Positions 53,001-61,148 of a stretch of 64,000 bases of DNA are shown here, piece after piece. The position numbers and the translations under genes are program-made. Within the stretch, counting starts at the first letter, position 1. Every line of letters begins with the position of its first letter. The notes beneath the pieces are model-generated. The model saw only the letters and a program-made list of their open reading frames with translations. It was not told the origin of the DNA and ran no database searches. The stretch spans positions 15,131-79,130 of the forward strand of contig JBFXBH010000003.1 of NCBI GenBank assembly GCA_050183355.1, given 5' to 3'. This DNA is from Vicinamibacterales bacterium (GTDB lineage: Bacteria > Acidobacteriota > Vicinamibacteria > Vicinamibacterales > UBA2999).

Positions 53001-53739
53001 CCTGTCCGCCGGAGCTGCGCCCCTGGTTGGCGTTCTGCCCCGTGACCGTGACGCGGAACTCCTGCACGGAATCGAGCGGCACGGGCAGCGCGCCGTTGAA
53101 GCCGCTCTCGCGCTGCTGTCCCGTGTTCAGCCCGCCCTGTTGCCCGTTACTGGTCCCTTCCACGCCGGCCGTCTGGTTGTCGTTGATGTCGACACCGTCG
53201 AGCGTGATGTTGTTCTGGTCGCGGCGCGCACCGATGACCTCGCCGGTGGGCGTGACACCGGGCTGCAGGCTGAGCAGTTCGACGACGTTCCGGGTCAGCA
53301 GCGGCAGCTGGCGGACCTGCGTCTCGCCGAACGGGTTGCCGACGGACGCGTCGACGAAGTTGATCGGCGCGATCTTGGCCTCGACGCTCACGGTCTCCGA
53401 GAGCCCGGCCAGTCCGAGCTTCAGATCCGCCGACGCCGGCGTGTTGACCTGGAGCGTGACCTTGGCCCTGTACGGCGCAAAGCCGGAAAGTTCCGCCAGC
53501 ACCTCGTAGGTGCCCGGAGGCACCTGGAGGAACTGATAGGCACCGGACTCATCCGAGAACACGGTGCGCTCGAACGAGGTGTCGGCGTTGATCAACTGCA
53601 CCGGCACGCCGGGAAGCGCACCGCTCTGCTCGTCGATGACTTTGCCGCGCAACGACGAGGTGGCCTGGGCAAACACCGTCCCGCTGGCCACCAGGAGTGA
53701 GAGGATCGCGAACACTACCAACCGTCCATAACCGCGCAT
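50014..53739 (-). CDS. TonB-dependent receptor-like outer-membrane protein with an N-terminal carboxypeptidase-regulatory-like domain
   Basis: 1241 aa with a signal peptide. LRGKVIDEQSGALPGVPV (CarboxypepD_reg), a plug-like region, a long beta-barrel, and the C-terminal ...QFAIRFEF. Confidence 0.85.
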   Translation of the reverse strand: MRGYGRLVVFAILSLLVASGTVFAQATSSLRGKVIDEQSGALPGVPVQLINADTSFERTVFSDESGAYQFLQVPPGTYEVLAELSGFAPYRAKVTLQVNTPASADLKLGLAGLSETVSVEAKIAPINFVDASVGNPFGETQVRQLPLLTRNVVELLSLQPGVTPTGEVIGARRDQNNITLDGVDINDNQTAGVEGTSNGQQGGLNTGQQRESGFNGALPVPLDSVQEFRVTVTGQNANQGRSSGGQVTLITKSGTNTLHGSAYEYNRDSKFAANSYFNERASLPKEQLKRNQYGASIGGPIVKNRVFFFGNVERRTDNSGQSVLRNVPSAALRSGTLMVRANNGQTYALGPDAIRAIDPLGLGSSPAMLALLGGLPAANDEAAGLDRGLNFAGYRFNAPFTLDNRAYVGKVDVKLDSMSKHNLSVRTTIADMEKDNVVAQYPGQDAASVALDNSYGVSAAYTSVLSAKLVNSLNVGLTNIRLKQTGSLDPSFTIDTIHVPTNFTRPFERNNPTWNIVEDLTWTKGSHSITTGGNLRFIRNERVNYANAFPSYSYGRGSLLGLASDITGATTSYLRNLTGIPTLGLADAAVVGRAFGNLLGVITTGSMTYTYDQAGNPIPVGTPAVRNFATNEYELYFADNWRATPNLTLTYGLRYVNYGVPYETSGLQVAPTFPLQDFFAQRIDAMAKGIPMNQMENALLSYDFNGPANGRQSWYGPDRNNFAPRVSAAYRPEDGFLSFLTGRNGVIRGGAGLVYDRFGSDLVTKFDNAASFGLSEIVRLDGQSVNFTTGRRYDGTLPAIPDAPPHTFPFTPPAVNFIGGNYMGIDTKLHAPYSINANFSIAREMKGGLTVEAGYVGRWSRDQLMQLDAGGWAINMLDPASGTTWKQAAQQIRGVWNSGVTPAQVRANPALIQDIPWIENWVPALKNLYFPGSATANYYDLIWGQFGGSDADTIHAIDRIQTAQFPNCIIRTGCFTMYPTQSSGMSMWTNAGYGDFNGLTLSVRKPISKGVSFDFNYTLARARDNGGSTESGGGNAGGLMLNPFDRDAFYGYSDFDVRHNVNSNVMVELPFGRGRRFLSGAGGLVDGLVGGWQLSTIFRYRSALPTAVAYSGLWPTNFSFTTLADPVGPYEAEVQINDRGNPAIFPTTNAAAANWKPMLPGEVGTRAAVRLDDFYNTDIALTKSFALGGGSRIQVRAEAFNAFNNVNFTRLNLDANAPNSFGQFTETTAPRVMQFAIRFEF

Positions 53740-53915
53740 CGGGCAAGACCTCCTCGTCCTGTGCGGCGGAGCAGGGGCTCCGCCATGCAGTCAACAGAGC
53801 AAGGGCTGCGCCGGGCGCGCGGATCGTGACGTGCCGGCACCTAAGTGCCTGTGAACGCAGGGGCTTGCGTGGCGTGACACCTGCCAGCCGCATTCGTCGC
53901 ACGGCATGCCAATCC

Positions 53916-53929
53916 GCACATTGATGTAC
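53916..53929. promoter_or_regulatory. AT-rich palindromic motif GCACATTGATGTAC (candidate regulator binding site), copy A
   Basis: Lies in the 360-bp divergent intergenic region between the TonB receptor operon and the DUF5916 gene. A near-identical copy is at 58126-58139. Confidence 0.35.
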
Positions 53930-54119
53930 GCACTGGTCCGCGCCTGCTTCGAAGTTGTGGCCAGGGCGCGCGCGACGCCGGACCGCGATCGGCGCCGCGC
54001 GCCGACGGCGCGATCGCCACGCGATGCACGCCGACGAAATCGTCGAATCGCGAAAAATACATCCCCACTAATGTTGCTGTCGCGATCGCGCGAAACCTTT
54101 GATACTGGCCGCACATCAC

Positions 54120-56354
54120 ATGCGCCTGCCAGTCATCACACGCCTCGTATTGCTCTCATCGATCGCGCTGACGCACAGCGCGATCACGTCGGCCGCGGAC
54201 GACCCGCCCGCGCGCGAGCCGATGACCGTGCGCGCGTCGCGCATCGCCCGTCCGCTGAAGATCGACGGCCTGCTCGACGAACCGCTCTACCGCGAGGTCG
54301 CCGGCCTGACCGGCTTCATCCAGGTGGAGCCGGACGCCGGCGCCACGGCCACCGAACGCACCGAGCTGTGGCTCGCCCACGACGAGCGGAACGTGTATGT
54401 GTCGTTCCGGGTCTGGGACACGCAGATGGCGCGCCTCGTCGCGACCGAGATGCGGCGCGACAACGGCAACATCTGGTCCGGCAACGACGTCGTCATCTTC
54501 GTCTTCGACACGTTCAACGACAAACGCACCTCGCTGTCATTCACGGTCAACGCACTCGGGGCGCGCGCGGACGGCCAGGTCTTCAACGAGAAGCAGTTCA
54601 ATCCCGACTGGAATCCGGTCTGGGACCTGAAGACGGGCCGGTTCGAGGGCGGGTGGACGCTCGAAGCGGCACTGCCCTTCAAGTCGTTCCGCTACGCGGC
54701 GGGCGCCGACCAGGTCTGGGGCTTCAACGCCGCGCGCGTCAAGCGGTCGAAGAACGAGATCTCGATGCTGTCGCCGGTGCCGCCCTCGCAGGGACAGCAG
54801 GGCGTCGAGCAGCCCGCGTTCGCCGCGCGTCTGACGGGGATCACGGCGCCCCCGAGCGGCGCGAGCCTCGACATCAAGCCGTTCGTCACCTCCAGCGTCA
54901 GCCGTGACGGCACGGGCGCGCGGCCGCTCACGACGCGCGCGACCGACGTGGGCCTCGATGCGCGCGTGAACCTGTCGCGCACGCTCGCCGCCGACCTGAC
55001 CGTCAACACCGACTTCGCGCAGGTCGAGGCGGACCAGCAGCAGATCAACCTGACACGGTTCAGCCTCTTCTTTCCAGAGAAACGGGAGTTCTTCCTCGAG
55101 AACCAGGGCACGTTCGCCTTCGGCGGCGTACCGGTCGGCAGCCTGAACGCGGGTACCTCCGACGCGCCGATCCTCTTCTACAGCCGGCGCATCGGGCTCG
55201 ACGGCGGACGCCCGGTGCCGGTCGCCGGTGGCGGCCGTCTGACGGGCCGCATCGGCGCCTTCAACGTCGGGCTCATCGACGTGCAGGCGCGCGACGTGCC
55301 GGGCACCAGCGGCACGGCCACCAACTTCAGCGTCGTCCGGATCAAGCGCGACGTGCTCCGGCGCAGCAGCGTGGGGCTGATTGCCACGGGGCGCACCGCG
55401 CCGGACGGGCTCCCGGGGCGCAACCTCACCTACGGCGTGGACGGCACGTTCGCGCCCGTCCAGAACCTGCAGATCAACACGTACTGGGCGAAGAGCGACA
55501 CGGATGGGGCACCGCGGCCCGCGGACACCAACGACCGCAGCTACCGGCTGCAGACGGAGTTCACGGGCGACCGGTACGGCTTCACCGCGGAGCGGCTGAC
55601 CATCGGCCGGCAGTTCACGCCGGGCGTGGGGTTCGTGCGCCGCAGCGACATGTTCCGCAACTACCTGCAGGGCCGGTTCAGCCCGCGGGCCCGGCCCGGC
55701 GGAGCCATCCGGAAGTACGTGTTCCAGGGCACGGTCGACTACGTGGAGAACGGCACCGGCCGCCTCGAGACGCGGACGCGTTCCGGCGAGTTCTTCCTGG
55801 ACTTCCGGAACGCCGACAAGATCGGCGTGCTCGTCACCGACAGCTACGAGTTCCTGCCCGCGCCGTTCCGCATCGGGCCCGGTGTGACGCTGCCGTCGGC
55901 CGGCTACCAGTTCCAGAACGCGCGGTTCTACTACAACGTGTCGCAGCAGCGGGCGCTCTCCGCGAACATCCAGCTCGATCTGGGCAGCTTCTACAACGGC
56001 CGCAAGACCACGCTCAACATCGGCCGCGGCCGCGTGCCGGTGACCGCGCAGCTCTCGCTCGAGCCGACCTACTCCTACAACCGCGTGCAGTTGATCCAGG
56101 GAGACTTCTCGACCCAGCTGGCCGGGTCGCGCATCACCTTCACGATGACGCCGCTGATGTTCGTCAGCGCGCTGGTCCAGTACAACTCCTCGACGCGCAC
56201 GATCTCGACCAACGCGCGGCTGCGCTGGGAGTACCGCCCGGGGAGCGAGCTGTTCGTGGTCTACAACGACGAGCAGGACACCACCGGCACCCGGCCGGCC
56301 GGCGCGCTGTCGCGCGCGGTGATCGTCAAGATGAACCGACTGTTCCGGTTCTAG
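54120..56354 (+). CDS. DUF5916 / CBM9-like domain outer-membrane protein
   Basis: Track ORF 54099..56354 trimmed to MRLPVITRLVLLSSIAL (signal). IDGLLDEPLY...WD...GNDVV.IFVFDTFNDKRT is typical of the CBM9/DOMON-like plus barrel family. It ends in ...NRLFRF. Confidence 0.7.
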   Translation: MRLPVITRLVLLSSIALTHSAITSAADDPPAREPMTVRASRIARPLKIDGLLDEPLYREVAGLTGFIQVEPDAGATATERTELWLAHDERNVYVSFRVWDTQMARLVATEMRRDNGNIWSGNDVVIFVFDTFNDKRTSLSFTVNALGARADGQVFNEKQFNPDWNPVWDLKTGRFEGGWTLEAALPFKSFRYAAGADQVWGFNAARVKRSKNEISMLSPVPPSQGQQGVEQPAFAARLTGITAPPSGASLDIKPFVTSSVSRDGTGARPLTTRATDVGLDARVNLSRTLAADLTVNTDFAQVEADQQQINLTRFSLFFPEKREFFLENQGTFAFGGVPVGSLNAGTSDAPILFYSRRIGLDGGRPVPVAGGGRLTGRIGAFNVGLIDVQARDVPGTSGTATNFSVVRIKRDVLRRSSVGLIATGRTAPDGLPGRNLTYGVDGTFAPVQNLQINTYWAKSDTDGAPRPADTNDRSYRLQTEFTGDRYGFTAERLTIGRQFTPGVGFVRRSDMFRNYLQGRFSPRARPGGAIRKYVFQGTVDYVENGTGRLETRTRSGEFFLDFRNADKIGVLVTDSYEFLPAPFRIGPGVTLPSAGYQFQNARFYYNVSQQRALSANIQLDLGSFYNGRKTTLNIGRGRVPVTAQLSLEPTYSYNRVQLIQGDFSTQLAGSRITFTMTPLMFVSALVQYNSSTRTISTNARLRWEYRPGSELFVVYNDEQDTTGTRPAGALSRAVIVKMNRLFRF

Positions 56355-56369
56355 GGTCCCGGCCCGGGC

Positions 56370-57977
56370 CTACGCGTCCGGCTTGTCCATGAACCGGCGG
56401 TAGTCGATGCCGTACTTGTCGACCTTGTAGTTGAGCACGCGGTCGGTCGTCTTCAGAATCCGCGCCGCGCGCGCGCGGACGCCGCGGGCCGTCTTCAGCG
56501 CGTCCTGAATCAGATCCTTCTCGAAGGTCTCGACGGCTTCTTCGAGGCTCTGCGTCGGCAGCGTGCCGGACGCCTCGGCGGTCTGGAGCGTGGGCGGCAG
56601 GTGGTGCGCGTGGATGACCTGGCCGTCGCACATGACGACCGCGCGCTCGAGCGCGTTGGTCAGCTCGCGGACGTTCCCCGGCCAGTGGTAGCTCATCAGC
56701 ATGTCGATGGCGGGCGTCGAGATGCGCTTGATGGTCTTGTTGTGCTCGCGGGCGAACTTCTCGAGGAAGTGGTCCGCGAGCTGGAGGATGTCCGGCTTCC
56801 GCTCCCGCAGCGGCGGAATCGAGATCGGAAACACGTTGAGGCGGTAGTAGAGGTCCGACCGGAAGACGCCGTCCTCGATGGCACGCTCGAGCGAACGGTG
56901 CGTGGCCGTGATCAGCCGGACGTTCGTGCGGATCGTCTGCGTGCCGCCCAGCCGCTCGAACTCCCGCTCCTGGAGGACCCGGAGCAGCTTCACCTGCGTC
57001 GCGAGGCTCAGCTCCCCGATCTCGTCGAGAAACAGCGTGCCGCCCTCCGCCATCTCGAACCGGCCCTTCTTCGACTGGTGTGCCCCGGTGAAGGCGCCCT
57101 TCTCGAAGCCGAAGAGCTCCGACTCGATGAGCGTCTCGGGCAGGGCGGCGCAGCTGACCTTGATGAACGGGCCGTTGGCGCGGGGCGAGTTGTAGTGGAT
57201 CGCGTGGGCGACCAGTTCCTTGCCGGTACCCGATTCGCCGCGCAGCATCACCGTGGTGTTCGTGCGCGCCACCTGCTCGATGGCTTCATACACGGCGCGC
57301 ATCGGACTGCTCGTCCCGATGATGTTGCTGAAGTCGTACCGCTCCTTGAGTTCCTGGCGCAGGTGGGCGTTCTCGTCCGCCAGCCGCCGCTGCTCGATGT
57401 CCGCGCGCCGGCGCACGGCCACGGACTGGGCGATCAGCGCCGCGACGAGCTGGAAGAACTGCAGGCTCCCCTCGTAGTCGCGGTCTGCCTCGAAGGGGAG
57501 GTCCACGCCGAGCGCCCCGATGGGCCGGCCCTGCAGCATCAGCGGCACGCAGATGTAGGTCAGTTCCCGGTCCCGGAGTTCGGGCCGGGGCGCCACCTTG
57601 TAGAGGAAGCTCGGCTCCTGGCTGATGCGCGGGACGACCACGGCCCGGCCGCTCTCGACGACCTTCCCCGTGATGCCCTCTCCCAGTTTGTAGCGGGCGG
57701 TCTGCGCGCCCGACCGCACCGGGCCCTCCGCGGCCTGCACGACGATCGAGTTGTCGTCCTCGTGCAGCAGCGACACCGAGGCCCGCACGGTGCCGGTGGT
57801 CCGCAGCAGTTCGAGCACGCGGCTGAGCGCGCCGCGCACGTTGCTCGCGCCACTGAGCAGGCGGCTGATGTCGATGAGCACGCCGAAGGCACGTGCCGTC
57901 TCGCGGGAGGGCTGGCGCTCCGCGCCCGAGATCCGCCCTTCGTCCACCCGCGCCGCCGACTGTGCAGTGCCCGCCAT
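56370..57977 (-). CDS. sigma54-dependent transcriptional activator (GAF + AAA+ + Fis-type HTH)
   Basis: GAF-like N-terminus. AAA+ motifs GESGTGKE, the GAFTGA loop (EKGAFTGA) and ...RLNVFPISIPPLRER. C-terminal HTH. The start is either 57977 (MAGTAQ) or 58025. Confidence 0.9.
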   Translation of the reverse strand: MAGTAQSAARVDEGRISGAERQPSRETARAFGVLIDISRLLSGASNVRGALSRVLELLRTTGTVRASVSLLHEDDNSIVVQAAEGPVRSGAQTARYKLGEGITGKVVESGRAVVVPRISQEPSFLYKVAPRPELRDRELTYICVPLMLQGRPIGALGVDLPFEADRDYEGSLQFFQLVAALIAQSVAVRRRADIEQRRLADENAHLRQELKERYDFSNIIGTSSPMRAVYEAIEQVARTNTTVMLRGESGTGKELVAHAIHYNSPRANGPFIKVSCAALPETLIESELFGFEKGAFTGAHQSKKGRFEMAEGGTLFLDEIGELSLATQVKLLRVLQEREFERLGGTQTIRTNVRLITATHRSLERAIEDGVFRSDLYYRLNVFPISIPPLRERKPDILQLADHFLEKFAREHNKTIKRISTPAIDMLMSYHWPGNVRELTNALERAVVMCDGQVIHAHHLPPTLQTAEASGTLPTQSLEEAVETFEKDLIQDALKTARGVRARAARILKTTDRVLNYKVDKYGIDYRRFMDKPDA

Positions 57978-58125
57978 TGTTGAACCCCCGGTCTTACCCC
58001 GGAGATCCAGCAAAATTGGGTCCACGCCCGAACTGCCCGGACTGATGACGCCTGGAGCCTGTCAAGTGATTGGATTCACTTGGTTTATGCGGTTGCGCCT
58101 GGTCGAGGGTCTCGACAGGCTATGT

Positions 58126-58139
58126 GCACATTGATGTGC
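58126..58139. promoter_or_regulatory. AT-rich palindromic motif GCACATTGATGTGC (candidate regulator binding site), copy B
   Basis: Perfect 6+2+6 palindrome in the intergenic region between the sigma54 activator and the LiaF-like operon. Two further inverted repeats lie nearby: CAAGTGA/TCACTTG (58063-58082), and GTCGAG/CTCGAC just upstream of the palindrome. Confidence 0.35.
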
Positions 58140-58289
58140 TTTTCAACAAACATCACGACGAACTTGTGTATCAGATTGCCGCAGCCCCATCCGTCCGGCC
58201 CTCGCGCCCGCGGCGGCATTCGCCGGGCCCCGGAGGCCACTCGCCGGAAAGCCCGCGACGCGTGCGGACGCCGCGCGTAGGCTCGACGC

Positions 58290-58415
58290 ATGGAGCTTTC
58301 ACGCCCGTCCCTGCTGATCGTCGCGGCGGTCGCCTCGATCTCGGCGATCATGGCCGGCCGCATCATCTGGCTGCTGCTCGAAGACCCGCTGCGGCTGCTG
58401 CGGCTGTTCCTGTGA
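58290..58415 (+). CDS. small hydrophobic protein (41 aa)
   Basis: Below the track cutoff. MELSRPSLLIVAAVASISAIMAGRIIWLLLEDPLRLLRLFL*. 38 of 41 codons have G/C at position 3. It ends 10 nt before the LiaF-like gene. Confidence 0.4.
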   Translation: MELSRPSLLIVAAVASISAIMAGRIIWLLLEDPLRLLRLFL

Positions 58416-58425
58416 GGATCTGACG

Positions 58426-59265
58426 ATGCACATCCAGCACCGTACCTGGCATCACCGGCACCACGGACCGGGCGGGCGCCGCATCCTCGGCCTGCTCGTG
58501 CTCGGGGCAGGCATCGTGCTCCTGCTGCGGGCCCTGCACGTGCCGGGGCTCGAGGACCTCCACCGCTGGTTCTGGCCTGCGGCCCTGGTCGGCACGGGCG
58601 CGGCGGCCCTGGCCTTCGGCCGCGGCGGGGAGCGCGCCATCGGCGGGTTGCTGCTCCTGATCGGCGTGCCGATGGCCGCGAACCGGTTCTTCGGCTGGGA
58701 CCTGCATGTCGGGACGCTGATCTGGCCGGCGATGCTGGTGTTCTTCGGCCTGCGCATGCTGCTCAAGCCGCCCCACGACGGGCGGCGGTTCCGCGTGGAC
58801 ATCCAGGCCAGGGTCAACGACGGCCTGAAAGCGAGCGGGCTCCGTGGTGAGGACAGCGGCACCGGTGCGCCGACCCCGGCGGCGGCCGACGCGACCGGCC
58901 CCGCCGCCAGTGCGAACGCCGACGCCGACCCGGCCAGCCAGATTCGCGAGTTCGCGTTTCTGGGCGGCATCGAGCGCAACAACACGTCGCAGGCGTTTCG
59001 CGGGGGCGAGGTCACGGCGGCGCTCGGCGGCGTCGAGCTCGACCTGCGCGACTGCCGGATGGCCCCCGAAGGCGCGCGGCTCGACGTGCTGGCTTTCATG
59101 GGCGGCGTGAGCCTCCGCATCCCGAAGGACTGGTGCGTCGTCTCGGACGTGTCGGTGATGCTCGGCGGCCTGGACAACCGGACGAGCGCGCCGGTTGACG
59201 GCGCGGCACCGAAGCTGCACATCACGGGTCAGGCCATCATGGGCGGCATCGAGATCAAGAACTGA
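58426..59265 (+). CDS. LiaF-like (DUF2154) cell-envelope stress membrane protein
   Basis: 279 aa. Four TM segments, then FLGGIERNN.SQAFRGGEVTAALGGVELDLRD......LDVLAFMGGVSLRIP, the LiaF C-terminal repeat pattern. Confidence 0.7.
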   Translation: MHIQHRTWHHRHHGPGGRRILGLLVLGAGIVLLLRALHVPGLEDLHRWFWPAALVGTGAAALAFGRGGERAIGGLLLLIGVPMAANRFFGWDLHVGTLIWPAMLVFFGLRMLLKPPHDGRRFRVDIQARVNDGLKASGLRGEDSGTGAPTPAAADATGPAASANADADPASQIREFAFLGGIERNNTSQAFRGGEVTAALGGVELDLRDCRMAPEGARLDVLAFMGGVSLRIPKDWCVVSDVSVMLGGLDNRTSAPVDGAAPKLHITGQAIMGGIEIKN

Positions 59266-59275
59266 CCCCGCGGGC

Positions 59276-60319
59276 ATGCATCCGATCCTTCACCACTGGC
59301 CGCGCCTGCGGCTCTTCCTGCTTCTCTGGCTGCCCATCGGCACGCTGCTGGGCACGGGGCCGTATCTCGCCGCGGGCGGCCCCGCTGGCGACGCCTGGCC
59401 CGTCGCGGTCTGGGGTCTCGCGTTCGCCACGCCCGCGCTGGCCTCGTGGTACCTCGTCCGCTTCACCCCACCCGGCTCCGGGGCCGGCACGCTGCTCTGG
59501 CGCGTCGGAGGCGGAGCCGTGGTCTCGAGCGCGTTGTGGACGGGCGCCGGGTGGGCGTGGCTTCAGCTCTGGACGCCGGTGGCGCCGGCGCCGGATGCGC
59601 TGTTCGAGGCCTTCGCGCCCACGGCGGCCGCAGCCGCCGCGTGCCTGTTCGTCGCGATGGGTGCCATCCACTACGCGCTGGTCGCCGCCGACGGCCGGAC
59701 CGACGCCCTGCGCCGCGTGCACACGGCGGAGGTCGGCGCGCGGGAGGCCGAACTCCGGGCGCTCCGGGCCCAGGTCAACCCGCACTTCCTGTTCAACTGC
59801 CTCCACTCGATCAGCGCGCTGGCCGGACAGAACCCCGAGGCGGCGCGCCGCATGTGCCAGGAACTCGCGGACTTCTTCCGCGACAGCCTGCGCGCCGGGT
59901 CCGAGCCGCTGGTGCCGATCGAGACCGAAGTCGCGCTGGTCCGCCGCTACCTCGACATCGAGCAGGTCCGCTTCGGCGATCGCCTTCGCCACACCGTGCA
60001 CATCGCCCCGGAGATCGCCGGGCTCCGCGTGCCGCCGCTCATCCTGCAGCCGCTCATCGAGAACGCCGTCCGCCACGGCATCGCGACCCTGCTCGATGGC
60101 GGCGAAGTGACCGTGGACCTGGCGACCGACGGTGACCGGGCGGTGGCGACAATCGAGAACCCGTTCGACCCGGATGGCCGCCGCCCGAGCACGGGCATCG
60201 GCCTCGAGAACGTCCGCGCGCGGCTGACGGCCCTCTACCAGCAGCGCGCCTCGCTGACGGCCGGCGCCGCGGGTGACCGCTATCGCGTGCGGGTCGTGCT
60301 GCCGCGGGAGGCCGCGTGA
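59276..60319 (+). CDS. LytS/YehU-type sensor histidine kinase
   Basis: ATG 59276 within track ORF 59195..60319. A TM-rich N-terminus, the His_kinase motif QVNPHFLFNCLHSI, and HATPase_c (LILQPLIENAVRHG, GIGLENVR). Confidence 0.85.
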   Translation: MHPILHHWPRLRLFLLLWLPIGTLLGTGPYLAAGGPAGDAWPVAVWGLAFATPALASWYLVRFTPPGSGAGTLLWRVGGGAVVSSALWTGAGWAWLQLWTPVAPAPDALFEAFAPTAAAAAACLFVAMGAIHYALVAADGRTDALRRVHTAEVGAREAELRALRAQVNPHFLFNCLHSISALAGQNPEAARRMCQELADFFRDSLRAGSEPLVPIETEVALVRRYLDIEQVRFGDRLRHTVHIAPEIAGLRVPPLILQPLIENAVRHGIATLLDGGEVTVDLATDGDRAVATIENPFDPDGRRPSTGIGLENVRARLTALYQQRASLTAGAAGDRYRVRVVLPREAA

Positions 60320-61119
60320 CGCGGCTCCGCGTGGCGGTCGTGGACGACGAGGCCCCGGCGCGGATGCTGTTGCGCGAGTTCCTCGACGGGGACCCCGATG
60401 TGGATGTCGTGGCCGAGTGCGCCAACGGGTTCGAGGCCGTCAAGGCCGTCGCCGAGCTGCGGCCCGACGTGCTGTTCCTCGACGTGCAGATGCCGAAGCT
60501 GGACGGCTTCGAAGTCCTCGACCTCGTGAGCCGGGACGTCGCCGTCGTCTTCACGACCGCCTACGACGAGTACGCGCTCAGGGCCTTCGAGGTGCACGCG
60601 GTCGACTACCTGCTGAAGCCGTTCGGGCGCGAACGACTCGTCGAGGCGCTCGGGCGCGTGCGCGTGCGCCTCGCGGCCCGCGGCGCCGCCCACTCGCCCA
60701 CGGCATCCGGAACATTCCCTGCCGGACCGGCGTCTCCCGACTCGGTGGCCCCCGGAGCGGCGTCGCTCTCTGCCGCGGCCCGGGCGCCGGGGACGTGGCT
60801 GACGCGCATCGTGATCCGGGACGGGGCCGACGTGCATGTGATTCCCATCGACCGCGTGGACTACGTGGAAGCGCAGGACGACTACATCGCCGTGCACGCC
60901 GGAGAGCGGCCGCGCCTCAAGGAGCAGACGCTCGCGAGCCTGGAAGCCCAGCTCGACCCGCGGCGGTTCGTCCGGATCCACCGGTCGTACCTGCTCAACC
61001 TCGATCGGCTGGCCCGCCTGGAGTCCGTCGGCAAGGACACACGCATGGCCATCCTCCGCGACGGCCGGCGCCTGCCCGTGAGTCGCGCCGGCTTCACACG
61101 GCTGCAGGAACTGCTGTGA
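60316..61119 (+). CDS. LytTR-family response regulator
   Basis: 267 aa. REC domain (VVDDE...DVLFLDVQMPKLDG), an Ala/Pro-rich linker, and a LytTR DNA-binding domain (…VDYVEAQDDYIAVH...FVRIHRSY). Confidence 0.9.
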   Translation: MTRLRVAVVDDEAPARMLLREFLDGDPDVDVVAECANGFEAVKAVAELRPDVLFLDVQMPKLDGFEVLDLVSRDVAVVFTTAYDEYALRAFEVHAVDYLLKPFGRERLVEALGRVRVRLAARGAAHSPTASGTFPAGPASPDSVAPGAASLSAAARAPGTWLTRIVIRDGADVHVIPIDRVDYVEAQDDYIAVHAGERPRLKEQTLASLEAQLDPRRFVRIHRSYLLNLDRLARLESVGKDTRMAILRDGRRLPVSRAGFTRLQELL

Positions 61120-61148
61120 GAAGCTGAAGGCGCCCCCCCGAGGTCCCC

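Noticed and set aside
53765-53784. The GGCGGAGC-aggg-GCTCCGCC hairpin in the 5' UTR of the TonB-receptor gene, considered as a riboswitch or attenuator.
   Set aside because: It is a single short stem-loop 25-45 nt upstream of the ATG, with no U-tract, no alternative pairing and no conserved-looking flanks. It is more likely an mRNA-stabilising or incidental hairpin.
53836-53849. Palindrome GGCACctaaGTGCC, considered as a sigma54 -24/-12 element.
   Set aside because: GG and GC are separated by 9 nt rather than 10, and the -12 half lacks TTGC. It may still be an operator, but not a sigma54 promoter.
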